Origin: Paragordius varius
Taxonomy: Eukaryota; Animalia; Nematomorpha
Assembly: GCA_964247055.1 (NCBI GenBank)
Contig: OZ176054.1
Span: forward strand, 4,836,001 to 4,900,000
Direction of reading: 5' to 3'
DNA length: 64,000 nt
A program made the translations under genes and the position numbers. Of the stretch, positions 25,001-38,526 are shown piece after piece. Within the stretch, counting starts at the first letter, position 1. Every line of letters starts with the position of its first letter. The notes under the pieces were generated by a model. That model saw only the letters and a list, made by a program, of their open reading frames with translations, made no database searches and was not told the DNA's origin.

Positions 25001-27922
25001 GTAAATTTTTATGAATCAAATTAATAAAAATGTGAGTTTTATATTCTCGTATATGTAAGGTAATTATTACAAATTCCATTCTCTTAACACTTCAAATTAA
25101 ATAATAAAGTATATATAGTTTATATGACGGTTGAGTTTTTAACCGGTTAAATATGTTGATCTGATTACTTGTGATTCTAGTCGTTTATATCCAAATCGAT
25201 AACAAAATTGGAAATATATGTTTGATACATGTAAGAATCAACCAATAATATCCTTCTAAATAGTTTTAAATTATTTAATTTTAATAAGTAAAAAGGGCTG
25301 ATATTACAAATTTTTAAATTTTTTACATTGATAGGTTTATACACCGTAATCACGTTATAAAACTATTAAAAAATTAAATAAGCGCCTACAGTCACGATTG
25401 CAGTTATAACTGATCAAACCCTCACCTATACTATTCTACAGTAAACCAAAAATTTAAAGACAAAAATAAATACTGAACAACTTATTTTTTAAATAAATAG
25501 CGCAATATTTTTTTGATTTTTACATGTGATATAATTGATTACTAATTTAAAATATATATATATATTGTATTATCAATTTATATCATTATCCCTTATTTTG
25601 GCGAAAGAATCATAAAATATTTTTTCATAAAAAAACATATATTAGTTTTTATAATGTCAATTTTTAACACATACAAAAATTTATAGAACAAACAAATAGT
25701 CATAAAAATTGAAATTATAAGTAAACACGTAAAAATATAAAGAATATTTTTTTTTGAAAAGAAACCATAGCTTTTAACATCTAATTATTATTTTTAAATA
25801 TAACTCATTTTTTAATTTGCAAAATAGGAAATAAACATGTATACTAGTTACACACCATCATATATTTACAAATCAATATTTATAGGAAAATTTGATGTTT
25901 AAAAAAGTATACTTGTATTTTGGAAAAAAACTGTCTTTATATTATGACATTTCGTCTGCATAATTTCAATTTTAACAGTATTACACATGAAAGTCTAAAT
26001 CTTATTATAGATCAGGATGGAGCTGAGCCTTCAGGAAATTCAGTTTCAGCTTTAAACCTTTTGCGACTTTCATATATTTTGGGTGAAGATGACTCAATGG
26101 AGGGCAAAGATTTCAAAATGAAAGCTGAAAAATTATTGCGTTCGTTTGCTGTTAAATTGCAACAATTTCCTTATGCTTTACCAAAACTTACCATAGCCTA
26201 CAACATTATGCTGAGTCCAAGAACTGTAATTATATATATACCATTTACAGTTTAAATTCACCCTTGAACAATTCAAATTCTACCTCGACCAATTCAACCC
26301 TTGAACAATTCAAATTCACCCTTAAACAATTCAAATTCACCCTAAAAATAAATTATTGTTTTCGAACTAATATAATTCATTATTAATATGAAATATATGT
26401 TTATGGTATAGTTTATTATTTTTTCAGTATTATTTTAATTTAAAACAAAATTTTTATTTTTTAAAAATATATATTATATAGGTAATATTTAATCTTAAAA
26501 ACATATATTTTATTTGAGGGTGAATTTGAATTGTTCGAGGGTGAATTTGAATTGTTCAAGGGTGAATTTGAATTGTTCAAGGGTGCATTTGAATTGTTTA
26601 AGGGTGAATTTGAATTGTAAATGGTTATATATATATAAATATATTATAAGAGCAAAAGTATTATCATAAAAACTACCTTTTATTTTAATAAATGTAAATG
26701 ATCCTCCCTATTCTCATAATAGCTTCCGTGGAAAATATACCTGATTCATGTAGTCCGCATCATGTACCTTTTCATGAAGAAATTTTTATTTAATTGATAT
26801 ATAGTTTTTTGATTTGTATATGATTATATTTATATATTAAAAAGTTCAAATATGATCAAAATTAATTTTTTGTTTTTGTTTAAAATCATATTCCACAAAC
26901 TAATAAGTTTTAAGTAAAATAACAGACTACGATTATTAGTAAAAAATAGGATTTTATTAAAATTCATATGTATGATTATTAGAATAAATGAATTATATTA
27001 TAAACTTTATTATGAAAGATCATGATAGGGGTTTTAAAGTACAAGAAATATGGTAAAGATTTATGATCGTCTTTTTGACCGCTTTAGATATAAGCAGTCA
27101 GACTTCTAAACATTTTACATATTTTAAAATAAATAATTAATAATGGTATATCATCAAAAATTAAAAACTTGTTTAATTAATTAATTATTTTTTTAAAACA
27201 TATATTTGTTGTTTTAAATAATTAGTATAATGACTATCAAAGCCAAGTCGGTTATTATTTTGATTGGTCAAAATTACATTATAATTAATTCTTTTACAGG
27301 TAACAATTTTAGGAGATATTAATGATGCTGGCACTAAATCAATGCTAAAATATGCAAAAATTTTCTGTGATATTATTGTTCCACTAGACCCTAAAACAGC
27401 TAAACAATCCTATCTGTTGGGCAAAAATAAAGTATTTTTACTTTCATTTTAGCTTATTTAAGCATATTAATTTATTTATATCCATTATTTCTAATTCAAT
27501 ATAAATTTAAGCAAAACGTTACGCTAAACGAATAACCCTTTTAATTTTTTTTTGGTATCAAATTTTTAGTTAATATTCGACATTCGTTAAAATCAAATTT
27601 TATTAAAGTAAATACAAAGTTTTTCTTCAAAATTTTATTACAAATTCATCATAATAATTAAAGGCTGTTATATTATGTTCTTTATTGGATTTATTATAAT
27701 TATTGTTTCTTAGTTTCGCCTGTATATTTCATAGTGCTATCCATAATTTTAATTGACTAATATTTTACAATCACCTTGTTTTTAAAAAAACTTTTCTCTA
27801 AACTCTTTATTTTCAAAACTTAGAATCTATCAAACATCAAACAAATTAATAATAAACCGACCATGTATTTGTGTCAAAATCATGTTTGTCAACCACCAAC
27901 AAACGAAATCCCACAATTTTAA
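19043..27922 (+). CDS. SPATA20: SPATA20 / YyaL-like thioredoxin-domain protein
   Basis: 14 frame-consistent exons: 19043-19113, 19137-19201, 19228-19382, 19624-19767, 19963-20197, 20694-20835, 21110-21338, 23018-23206, 23376-23568, 23986-24154, 24742-24980, 26011-26225, 27300-27431, 27824-27922. Motifs [94 protein letters not shown]. Confidence 0.95.
21440..22850. mobile_element. Inverted pair of degenerate Penelope-like retroelement 3' fragments (RT thumb plus GIY-YIG endonuclease) in a SPATA20 intron
   Basis: + arm about 22130-22850: [42 protein letters not shown] (with frameshifts). - arm about 21440-22130 is the reverse complement of the same GIY-YIG region. Confidence 0.85.
26241..26624. 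mobile_element. MITE family B copy in a SPATA20 intron
   Basis: TATA|CCATTTACAG ... GTAAATGG with 4-5 tandem copies of TTGAACAATTCAAATTCACCC at each end. Confidence 0.85.
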
Positions 27923-28935
27923 AAGAAATTTCAAATGCAATATATTTTAGAAATACTAGTAGATTTTTTGGCATAGCTATATTTATTATATGATTTATAA
28001 ATAAGATAGAGAGTTCATATAGATGTATAACAATAAATTATATTATAGCAAGATATGTATATATATATATACTTTGTAAAATGAGATGCGTTATAAACAT
28101 GAATAAAGTATTTGGTTTTATGGAAGCTAAATTTAATTTATCTAATGAGACGTTGAAGGTTGATTAGATCTTTGCTGCATTATACTATCCATATAAATCT
28201 CTATCGTATGAATGATATATGAATAAAATTAATTATTAAACGCGACAAATTTGTTAAGTATTAAGAAACAGGCTTTTTTCAAAGACTAAAAAATATTTTT
28301 TGTTCAAAAAGCAAAATAATATATATTTAACATAAATAAATATAAACTTGTATCTTCTCGGCATTTGGAAAAGCTAACTTTGAAATTGGTCCATGTGAAT
28401 TCACAAAGATAAAGTGTATAAAATATAAGGATTAAAAGTGTGCATGATAATGCTCCAATCGTTAAGTAATGTAGCGAATATTTGTTGAAATAAGTCTGTT
28501 TTAAAGTATATAGTTTTATATATATTTATTTTTTTAATGTTTGTTCAGTAAAAAGTTAAAAAGGCGTAAAGGCTTATGAATTATATATGTGAAGAGTTTA
28601 ATTTTTACCTAAAAACAATAAAAAAAATTCAAACCTATTTTAAATTCACATCATGGGCATGCTTAAAAACTAAAATAATTTATTTCTAATGATAAATTTT
28701 AAGTATTTTTTTTACTATATTTTATATAGAAAATTTAATAATTTATTTTTATAACACATGGTAATCACCTTTGTTGAAAATTTTTTAAACGCAGAAAAAT
28801 GATATAACAAATATTTGTAGGCTGTAAAACATGCATAAATTTTAATTTAACTTAAATTATCTAATTTAAAAAAGATATAAAAACAAGAATACACAATTAT
28901 TCAACTTGAGAAGTGAGATAAAACATATTTTATTA

Positions 28936-30339
28936 TCAGGTGTAGTCATAGTCATGTATCATTACCAATTTAAAATAAAAATACACCAGCCAAATAACGC
29001 AGCCGATTAATTTGACAAAGACGCCATTTTGATCCGACATTAAGTGGCACACAAGTTGAATCCGCTAAAAACTAGCGTCATCTTATTTTATGCCTGACAT
29101 TTGCGGCACGCACTGCTTTTCTGATTCTATCAAAAGAAAAAAAAATCATCTTTGTTGGTAGAATCAAAAGGTGAACATGTTCCATCGATCCAAACATGTG
29201 AAGCATGAACCTTTAAATGATTTTAAGGTGAAAGAGAATGAAGCTTCTAAGGGAATCAACATTGCAAAGATTATAAAATAGGTTTTTAGATGATGACCCA
29301 ACTCAAATTCAACCAAATCAGCAGACATTTATGAGCTGGGAAAACTATATAAACTGATTCCCACACAATTAAAATGAACGTCCGAACGCAAAGAACCCTG
29401 TGAAATCCTATTTTAAAATGACGAAAGAAAATCATTTTTGATTCGAATTGTGAAGGGTGAAAAAGTGCCGTTTATTGTTATTACAAAGCGGAAATCGGAT
29501 TTCACCTTTCAAGGCCGATCCATCAAAAACAAGGCCAAATCGCTTCAGCAAGAGAACTATATTCTTTGTTTGGTAATACTATAATGGTATAGTGCATTCG
29601 GAAATTTTGAAGCCAAGCGTGAAACCGTTAATACACAATGCTATTGCCAACAAATAATTAAATTATGCATTAATCGAAAAACGACTAGAATAAGCCAGAA
29701 CAAATGGATGGCAAATTAGCTTGCCAATCATTAGTTTCACATAGCAAAACCAGCGAAAGACACCTTATAATCGCTTCGCTAGAGAAATCTTGCACAACCA
29801 CTCCGACGCCATCTGATTAATACAACATCGCATTAATGGGACACATGCTCGCAGAATATTATTGGTTTGGCCCAGTTATTGGGATTCCATGGATTAATTT
29901 ACGATATATGTCTCTATCAATTGTTGCGTTTCGAGGTATGTTCAGGAATTTTAAGTCTTGTTCTATGATTTGAGTCCAAGTTGTTTTAGGCATCCCTTTA
30001 CGGTTGGGGGCAGGAATCTGTAAATCAAGAATTTCCTTTGCAGGTGAGTCTATACTGGATCTGTGTCAAAATACCGAAGTCTATTTGTTCTGATAAAAGC
30101 TGTTATTGGTTCTAGTTCAATGGTAGGATTTGCAGTACTTTAATAATTTCTAAGAAGTTGGAAAAAAGCTTTCGAGTTTGCTGAAATAGAAAAGCAGTTT
30201 TTTTGCATGGCATTCATAAGATTACCAGAGAAATGGGATATAAAAGTCGATTGACAATTTGTTAAATGAAATAGATTTCTTTAAAAATACGTGGATTTTT
30301 TTACCAAAAAAATCGGTAATAACTTATGACTACACCTGG
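28936..30339 (+). mobile_element. Near full-length degenerate mariner (Mos1-like TIRs)
   Basis: TA-flanked TIRs TCAGGTGTAGTCATA / TATGACTACACCTGG. Decayed transposase peptides HLRHALLF, GEHVPSIQTCE, WYYNGIVHSEIL, MGHMLAE, RLPEKW, with many stops and frameshifts. Confidence 0.9.
29862..30137 (-). mobile_element. 5'-truncated RTE-type LINE 3' end inserted antisense into the mariner
   Basis: Minus strand reads EPITAFIRTNRLRYF...AKEILDLQIPAPNRKGMPKTTWTQIIEQDLK...DRDIYRKLI, the typical RTE C-terminus. It interrupts the mariner peptide AE(Q/Y)Y|FNNF*EVGK. Boundaries are approximate. Confidence 0.75.
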
Positions 30340-31849
30340 TAAATCGCATCATTATTTAAAGAAAAAATAGCAAGCTGCTTACATACCAATCTTTGAACTA
30401 CATAAACTCACTAGATAGTTAGTGATCATTTAAAATTAACATTTATAGTTAAATGTAATTATAGATTAATAAATGAAAACGGCCAATCGCATATTTAAGG
30501 AAAGACATTGGATGGCTCTTTTTATTCTTAAATTTTTTTTGTCCGAAATCAAAAAATAATTTCAAACTATTTAAATAAATAAATAAATTAATTAATGTTA
30601 AAAATTATATAATTTCTAAATATAAGGCCCATTGATGTGGGCAGTTCATATTATTGTAGGCCAATTAGTAATACAGTAGCGGATGTTAAACATACGTGCA
30701 TAACACTAGACAACAAATTTTAACCTTTTTTAACTGCCATTTTTGTAAATTTAAAATTTATTTCATTAAAGTACATAATTAGTATATCTGAAAAAAAATT
30801 GGTCTAGCATGGAAGAATTTCTTTATATTAGAGTTTATCGATTATTTTTGGCCCCGATTTAACATTAAACTCGAAATTTCGAAAAAGAGCGCAAAAAACT
30901 GAATCTTATAAATGGTAGTAAGTCATTTAAATCAATCGGATGTAAAAGTTATTTGGATTTAAATGGTCGAAATTTTTAATCCTTAAATAATTCAAGAATT
31001 TTCACAGACAAACTAATTTGAAAATCTTATAAATTATTTTTATATAATTATTAGGTTTATATTAGTATTTAATTTAATAAAAATGTTTGAAAAAGCTTTT
31101 GGTTTGCTTTTTTAATAAAAAAATTATTATCATAAATATTTTACCTAGTGGATACTAAAATGCATAGTTATAACTGTAAATTTATTACATAATGGCTATA
31201 AAAGATTAAAAATACCTTAAACTTTGTTTTTATCTTTAAAATTTCGAAATTATCAGCCTTGTAAAGAAAATAAATTAATATTGATGAGATGGTAATTTTT
31301 AAAAAAACAAAAAACTTAAAAATGGCTGTTTTGAGTGACATAAAAGCAATAAAAAATGTTTTAATCAAAAAAAACTTTCTTGTGTTATCTTTTTTGGACA
31401 TTCATCTCCATCTAAACAAAGTTTGAGCTATTTTCATCCATTAGTTTTAAAAACATAGTAATTAAAAAAAATGCTCTCGCTTCGCGCGTTTGTCGCTCTT
31501 TGTGTCCAATATTAAGTGTCGATGTAATACATATTAGTATGCATTTTATAGAGTTTTTATTACTCTTTCGAATGATATATTACAAATGGGCATTACTTGT
31601 ATATTTTCAAAGAAAAACATTTTTTAGTAAAATTTGATAAAGAGGGCGCATAATCAAAAAAATCAAAATATACAAAATTCTTCCAACGAGTTATAATTTT
31701 TATTTCAGATTTACTGTTAAAATGATACTAAATATTAGAAAATGCAAAAAACTCGAGTGGCAGAAAAATTTGTTGTCTAGTGTAATCAAATAAAATTAAA
31801 TGCTGTAAGATAAGAAAAAAATATAATTTCAACCATTTGTTGTTTTTAT

Positions 31850-33005
31850 CCATAGGCTACTGTATTGCCAATTAGCCCTGCGCATAATAAATATAAACCA
31901 AAATTAAGTAAAACGAAATATATTTAATGGTAAAACATACAATAAGGACTGCAAGGAGATGAGTTAATACAACTAAAACGACTTTTGAGTAATGTTTCGT
32001 ATCAAGGCCCATATAAAGTATTAATGCCCAACATATGTTTAAACTGATAAAGATATTGGCTGAAATGCCTAAAAATATAATTAACAAAACAAATCACTAT
32101 ATAATAAAAACTCGTTTATAATTTATAAAAGAAACACTTATCAAATGGAAATAAATTAGATGTGATTAAAAATAAATTGAAGAGTATAATACAATATCTA
32201 AAATTAGTTAAAAAAATAAAGATGTTATGTTTTGCTAACAGTTATGGTGGAAAAATATTTTTAAAACAATTCAGGCAATTTTAATTCTTATATTTTGGAA
32301 AAAGTTTAATGTATCTAAATTTTAATTTAATCAAGCATAGGAATTAGTATATACAATTATTTATCAATTAAATCCAATTTAATAATAAAAATTATATAAT
32401 ATACATTACTTAAATATGTTTTTATTTTCTTAAACATCAAAAAAAATTTTATATAATTACATTTGGTTATTATGTATATATAATATGGTTTTCCATCAAT
32501 CCCGAATGTCCCAGGACCTAACAATTGAGCGAGAGAATTTATTACGGCTAATCCGGAAGTTATAAAACCAAAACCCACGCCAGAAACTAAATCTTTATAA
32601 AAGAAAAATTACCAAAATAAAATTTTCGGTATATGGCTTTATTAGCGTGTTCATTATCGTCTAAATCCATAAATTTTTGGAGATTCTTAAAAGATAATCT
32701 TCACATTATATATTAGGTTACTTTAAAACTTTGTACCATAAATACTTAAAAAGAATTTGAACAAATACTGAAACAATCATTGAATACAGAAGTTTATCTC
32801 GCAATGGTACAAAAGCGTACCAAATAAAAGAGGTACATAGCATAGCAAGTAATGCAAAGAAAGAACTAAAATATTATAAAAATCAAATTTTTTACCTTGC
32901 CACAAAAGTTATACATTTAATTGGATTTAAAATTATGGTTTGGGCCAAAAGAATCAAGGGACCAAACGTTAAAAATATCAAACCAATGAGGTGCAAAAAA
33001 CCCAT
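31850..33005 (-). CDS. APH1: Gamma-secretase subunit APH-1
   Basis: Exons 33005-32896, 32865-32722, 32698-32613, 32586-32461 and 32068-31941; the last exon is unresolved. Motifs GLIFLTFGP, SSFFALLAMLCTSFIWY, VSGVGFGFITSG (GxxxG), INSLAQLLGPGTFGIDG, VVLTHLL. Confidence 0.9.
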
Positions 33006-33067
33006 GACTGATAAAATTCGATTTATTCATTCATGGATAAAAAGGCATATATCTTTGCTGCATTTGA

Positions 33068-34993
33068 ATGGTAATAATAAAATTATATTTTTAGAATACC
33101 TTATTAGGAATTAAACAAGGAGCTGATATAGATATTGTTTTGGATAATACAGAACATAGAAAATGTATTGATGTTAAAACTGATTCAAAGAAAGAAAAAT
33201 TATTTTTGTTTTACGATGGAGAAACGTTATCGGGAAGAGTAATATTATATTACATATTGTCAAGGTAAACATTACATTAAAACGGCCTGGGAGCAAATTA
33301 GATCATCAAGGAATAAAAATTGAATTTATTGGACAAATTGGTATATCGATTTTTTTAATTAAAGAACTTTTTTACGATCGTGGTGGGAATTATGAATTCA
33401 TATCTCTGATGAAAGAATTAGCAAGACCCGCAGAATTAACCCAAAATACTTGTTATGACTTTGATTTCCCACAAGTTGAGAAACCTTATGAAACTTACAT
33501 GGGTGTTAATGTTAGATTAAGGTTAAAATTTTAAATTTAATATATTAATAGTCAAAAGAAAGCATCATTAGTAGATTTAAAGGCAACATTTCTTTATTAA
33601 AACATTTTATATAGTGTTTTTTATTTAAAAGATATTTATTTTATGTTATATAGATATTTTCTACGCGTAACCATTGAAAAACGATTAAAAGATATTGTTA
33701 AAGAGATGGATATAATTGTCCATACTCTTTCAATGTACAATGAAATATCACCTAGCATTAAAATGGAGGTTGGAATTGAGGATTGTTTGCATATTGAATT
33801 CGAATACAATAAATCAAAGTAATTATTTAATTTTTTTAAAATTTAGATATCATTTGAAAGACGCTATCGTTGGGAAAATATATTTCCTGTTGGTGAGAAT
33901 CAAAATTAAATATATGGAATTGGCCATATTGAAAAAGGAAACGACTGGTTCAGGTATACTTTTCAATACTTTAGTTTCCAAATTTTTAATAAAAGCGTAA
34001 TTAAGTTTTTTTACTCATTATAGATGTTTAATATGTAAGAGTTACAGTTGCTTAATAATTTAAATTATAATGTTATTTTGAGCTCGTTATACAATTTAAA
34101 AACTTATTACGAAATAATTACCACCCTTTAGGACAAAACACATATTTGGACAATGAAACGGTAGCAAAATATGAAATTATGGACGGTGCTCCTGTAAAGG
34201 GTAAAATACTATTAGCTTTAATGTTTTTTTCAAAAAAATCTAAAGTGTGTTAATAAGATTCAACAAATTAATCTTGATATTTTTTTGTTTTAATAATGAA
34301 TTAATTACTATTTTTAAGGGAAACTATAATTAACAAATCTTGGTTAAATTCGTAATAATCTTGTTTTGTTATACAAGCTTGAATAAGTTGATGTAATCAT
34401 AAAATAAATTTCCAATATATAAATTTACTACAGGTGAATCGATTCCAATCCGTCTTTTTTTGAGTGGTTATGATTTAACCCCTACCATGAGGGATATTAA
34501 CAAGAAATTTTCCGTTCGATATTATCTCAATCTCGTTTTAGTTGATGAGGAGGATAGACGTTATTTCAAACAACAAGTATTTAATATAAATCACTTTTTT
34601 TCCTTAACAAAGGAATATGGTTAGTTTAGATTTCAACAATTATGATTACTTAATGAGATGCTAAAGGCAAAAATCTTTTTTTTTAAATCCGCATAAAAAT
34701 TTAATTTATAACACTAATAAAGTGGGTAGTTCTCTTTATATTTTTTTAAATTTCTTCTAGCGCTAAAACTTTGTTATAATAATGTCATTTACTTTTAAAT
34801 ATAATTATTTTTACCCTATACATGCATAAGAATATATATAAAGATAAAACCTATCGATGGAAAGAATTTTTTTATATTTTTTATATAATAAATTTTGGTT
34901 TCAAATATAAAGGAATAGAGTCCTAAATGGGTAATACGCTTAATTTTATGTTTTGCCATATTTATAAGATTTAATTTTTCTCTCTATTTGGTT

Positions 34994-35032
<39 letters not shown>

Positions 35033-35887
35033 CTATTATATAATAATTATCTTTTTATCATTACTAGGAAATAATTTTGTGGAGAAAAGGCGAAAAAATT
35101 CGTAAAAATTTAATGCAACACCAACAAATTCCATATCCACCCGCGTATCACACCGCACCCATTCAAAACGATAACTATATTGGCTCTACCAACATGGATA
35201 ATAAAATTAATTCATTTCCAAAAAAGGTTTCAGTAAATTCAGACACCTCTACGTTTTCTGCAGACAAATTTCAATCTCAACACTCAAATCTTAAAACTTC
35301 AGTGGAGGAACTTCGTAAAAATTTTTGTTACATGCACATATATATTATCATAAAATATTTTTACTAGTAAAATGAGATATTAAATTATAATGTTGACATT
35401 TGTGAAATACGGTGGACCTCTTTTCATACATAAGGTCTCGATTGTGGGCGAAATCTATAGCCTCTTATCGGCATATCGACCCTTTTAGAGAAATCAATAT
35501 ATTTAATAATTTCCCATTGATATCTGATTAAATTTTTGTAATTGTTTTAGGGAATTTGAGGAATTGCCTAAAATATGTATCATAAGCCTTATAGTATGCA
35601 TACGTTTTTTAGTTACAATGCTATTTATATTAAGGATTTTTCAAGGACAGGGGGTCCCTTTAGGCTATCTTTCTATATAAACTTTTGAAATTACCTCTAA
35701 AAATATGTTTCAAATAAAAAAATTTAAATAAAAAACAAATTATTTACTAAATTCATTTTACAATTGTACTCAAAATTATGTTTGGTTTACAGAGAGAGAT
35801 GGCACTTCCCTATCTAGCAACAATAATAATTGTAGTATTAATGAAACAAATGGAATAACTCCATCTTTGTCAACGGCTCAAGGATAA
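33068..35887 (+). CDS. VPS26: Retromer subunit VPS26
   Basis: Exons 33068-33070 (ATG only), 33095-33238, 33265-33340, 33365-33521, 33654-33818, 33847-33953, 34132-34200, 34434-34576, 35068-35314 and a probable 35793-35887 (or read-through to the stop at 35367). Motifs [85 protein letters not shown]. Confidence 0.95.
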
Positions 35888-37379
35888 TTTTGGAAACCAA
35901 AACTTTTTTATTTTAGACTCGGTATAAAAAATAAAGGTTTGTACAATAAGTTTTAAATATTTTGTGTGTATAATTTTGTCTTTTAACCCTTTTTTCGCCA
36001 TTAAATATGTTTTGAGAAATTTAATATTATTTTTTAAAACGTCAAATTCAACTCGAACAATTCAAATTCTCCATATCCAACAAATTAGCTTTAATTTATA
36101 TTTTTAATAAATAAAATTTTGTTTTTAATTTATTTTTAGGATGAATTTTGAATCTAAAGGGGAATTTGAGATGTTATCTTACGTTTTTTACATAAAAATT
36201 TTAAATTATACAATGATTAATATTTTAGTTACTGGTTTAACTATAAAAATTTTGACGTGAAAAATTTATTTTATTTTTAGGTTTTAAATGAATGAGTTAG
36301 GAAGATTTGATTTCACAGAAGATTTAATTTATTTCATTATGTATCAACAAACACTAATTAATTGATTTTTTTATGTTATGTACTTTTTTTTATATTTATT
36401 TTTATGAATCTACTTGTTCAATTATACCATGGCTGTTGGTCATATAAACGCATATTTATGTCAACCAAGTTTTTTAAATTTAATATGTATGTGCACATAA
36501 GATATAAATTTAATAAAAGATGCCCCATATCTCACATTTATGAATATCTTTTAGATTCATTTATACGTAAATATATATCAATATATTATTATGATATTTA
36601 TTATTTTACACACACATATATATTAAAATAAATACTATATATTAAAAAACTCACCTAATACATAAATAGTGAAAAGAGACAACCTACATTTAATTTATTA
36701 ATTTAAAATCTCAATAATGTACGAAAAAGAATGCATTGACGGGGCATAAAATCCGAAGTTAATTTTTATCAATCAGGCTACTTTTAAAGTAAATTAATTT
36801 ATCTTTTTTGGGTCTTTCACGTTATTTGATAATGGTGTAAACTGTGACTTATCACGTGCCATTGCAATTAAGTGACAATAATCAAAAAATTTTGAAAAAT
36901 AAAGTTTATTCGATCTATGATCTTAATATGTATAAAAATAAGGGTTTGTAGAATATGTAACGCTTTCTCTGCGCATACAAAAGTGAATTGATAGCCAAAA
37001 TTTGAAAAGATTGGTCTAGTAATGTATTCCCCTATCAAAAACTTCTATATTTATTATATAGAAATGATATATACTAACGACTATACGAAAGATTATTCTA
37101 TTAACGATCACGTACGCTTTCTGAAATTACGATTGGTGTTATAATTATAAACTCACTATTTGTTAGAACCTGTCATTATATATATTTATGCCATTTTCAC
37201 TAGGGCTAGTTTATCATATCGGTTAAATAAAAAACCGGTTGAATTTTCCGATAGATATAAATGATTTATTTATTATATTATGATTAACCTTTCATATTAA
37301 TAACATTAAGCCATTATAAATCCTTTTTAATTGTATCAAAATAATTATTCATCGATCACACTTTTTTAAAAATATTATA

Positions 37380-38481
37380 CCATTTTGCATGCAAAAACAT
37401 CATTTTTTCAACCAAATGCAATATTTTTTCAACCAAATGCAATATTTTTGCCAAAGACAACATTTTTTTTAACCAAAACAACAATTTTTCATCCAAACGC
37501 AACATTTTTTCAACCAAAGACAACATTTTTTCAAGCAAAAAGAATTTTTTTAAAAATTAAAAACCATTTATTTTATGTTAAATTTATATGTAATTTAATT
37601 TTAGCGTAGAAATATGATTTTTATTGTTTTATCATCATTTGATGGTATAATTGATTTTCAAACATTTTAATTTTACCCATAAATTGCATTATTTATTTAT
37701 ATTTTTTTCTTTTACAATAGTTTCACCTAATCAATCTATAAAATTTGCGTTTCAAGAGTGTCTTTGAAATTTATCCTTTACATAAAGTTCCCTATATTTT
37801 TTTGCAATTTGCATCAACCGTTATTTTTATATGTAATTATCTATTTACGATCAATAACCCACAAAACCTAGATATTTTTTAATATAGTTAAATTTTTTAT
37901 AGAAAAATATGGATATACGGTATAAAAGAAATGGTAATCACTTAAAAGTTTAGGGTAAATAAAGAAAATAGGTTTAAAATGATAGGATAAATGAATATTA
38001 TATTGCTACAAAATTAAAATATTGAATGACCAATTTGAAGTGTTCTAGGACCAACTTTAAATTTTCAAGGACAATCTTGAAGCGCAAGTTGTATTTTTCG
38101 ATTAAGTCAAACGGTTGTAAAAAAATAATATAAAATAATGCCTATGGGCAAAATTAAAATGTTTGAAAATCAATTATACCATCAAATATTGATGATAAAA
38201 CAATAAAAATAATATTTCTACGCTAAAATTAAATTACAATAACTTTAAATTTAATATGTCAAATAAAAAAATGATTTTCGATTTTTAAAATTTTTTTTGC
38301 TTTTGCTTGAGATAATGTTGCGTTTGGATGAAAAAATGTTGTCTTTGGTTGAAATTATGTTGCGAATGCTTGAAAAAATGTTGCGTTTGCTTGGAAAAAT
38401 GTTTTGTTTGGAAAAATGTTACGTTTGCTTGAAAAAATGTTGCATTTGGTTAAAAAAATGATGTTTTTGCATGAAAAATGG
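37380..38481. mobile_element. Foldback-like MITE family C (CCATTTT TIR, TATA-flanked) with a nested degenerate family A copy
   Basis: TATA|CCATTTTGCATGCAAAAACATC ... GATGTTTTTGCATGAAAAATGG|TATA. Long inverted arms carry tandem 21-bp CAACATTTTTTCAACCAAA(C/T)G units. Family A relic at about 37738-38098. Confidence 0.85.
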
Positions 38482-38495
38482 TATATATTTGATAT

Positions 38496-38526
<31 letters not shown>

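Noticed and set aside
26260-26620. 21-bp repeats as a CRISPR-like array
   Set aside because: Contiguous tandem units without unique spacers, inverted at the two ends of a MITE, in a eukaryote.
37356-37609. ORFs with repeated LVEKML / FFQP units
   Set aside because: These are translations of the 21-bp subterminal array of MITE family C, not genes.
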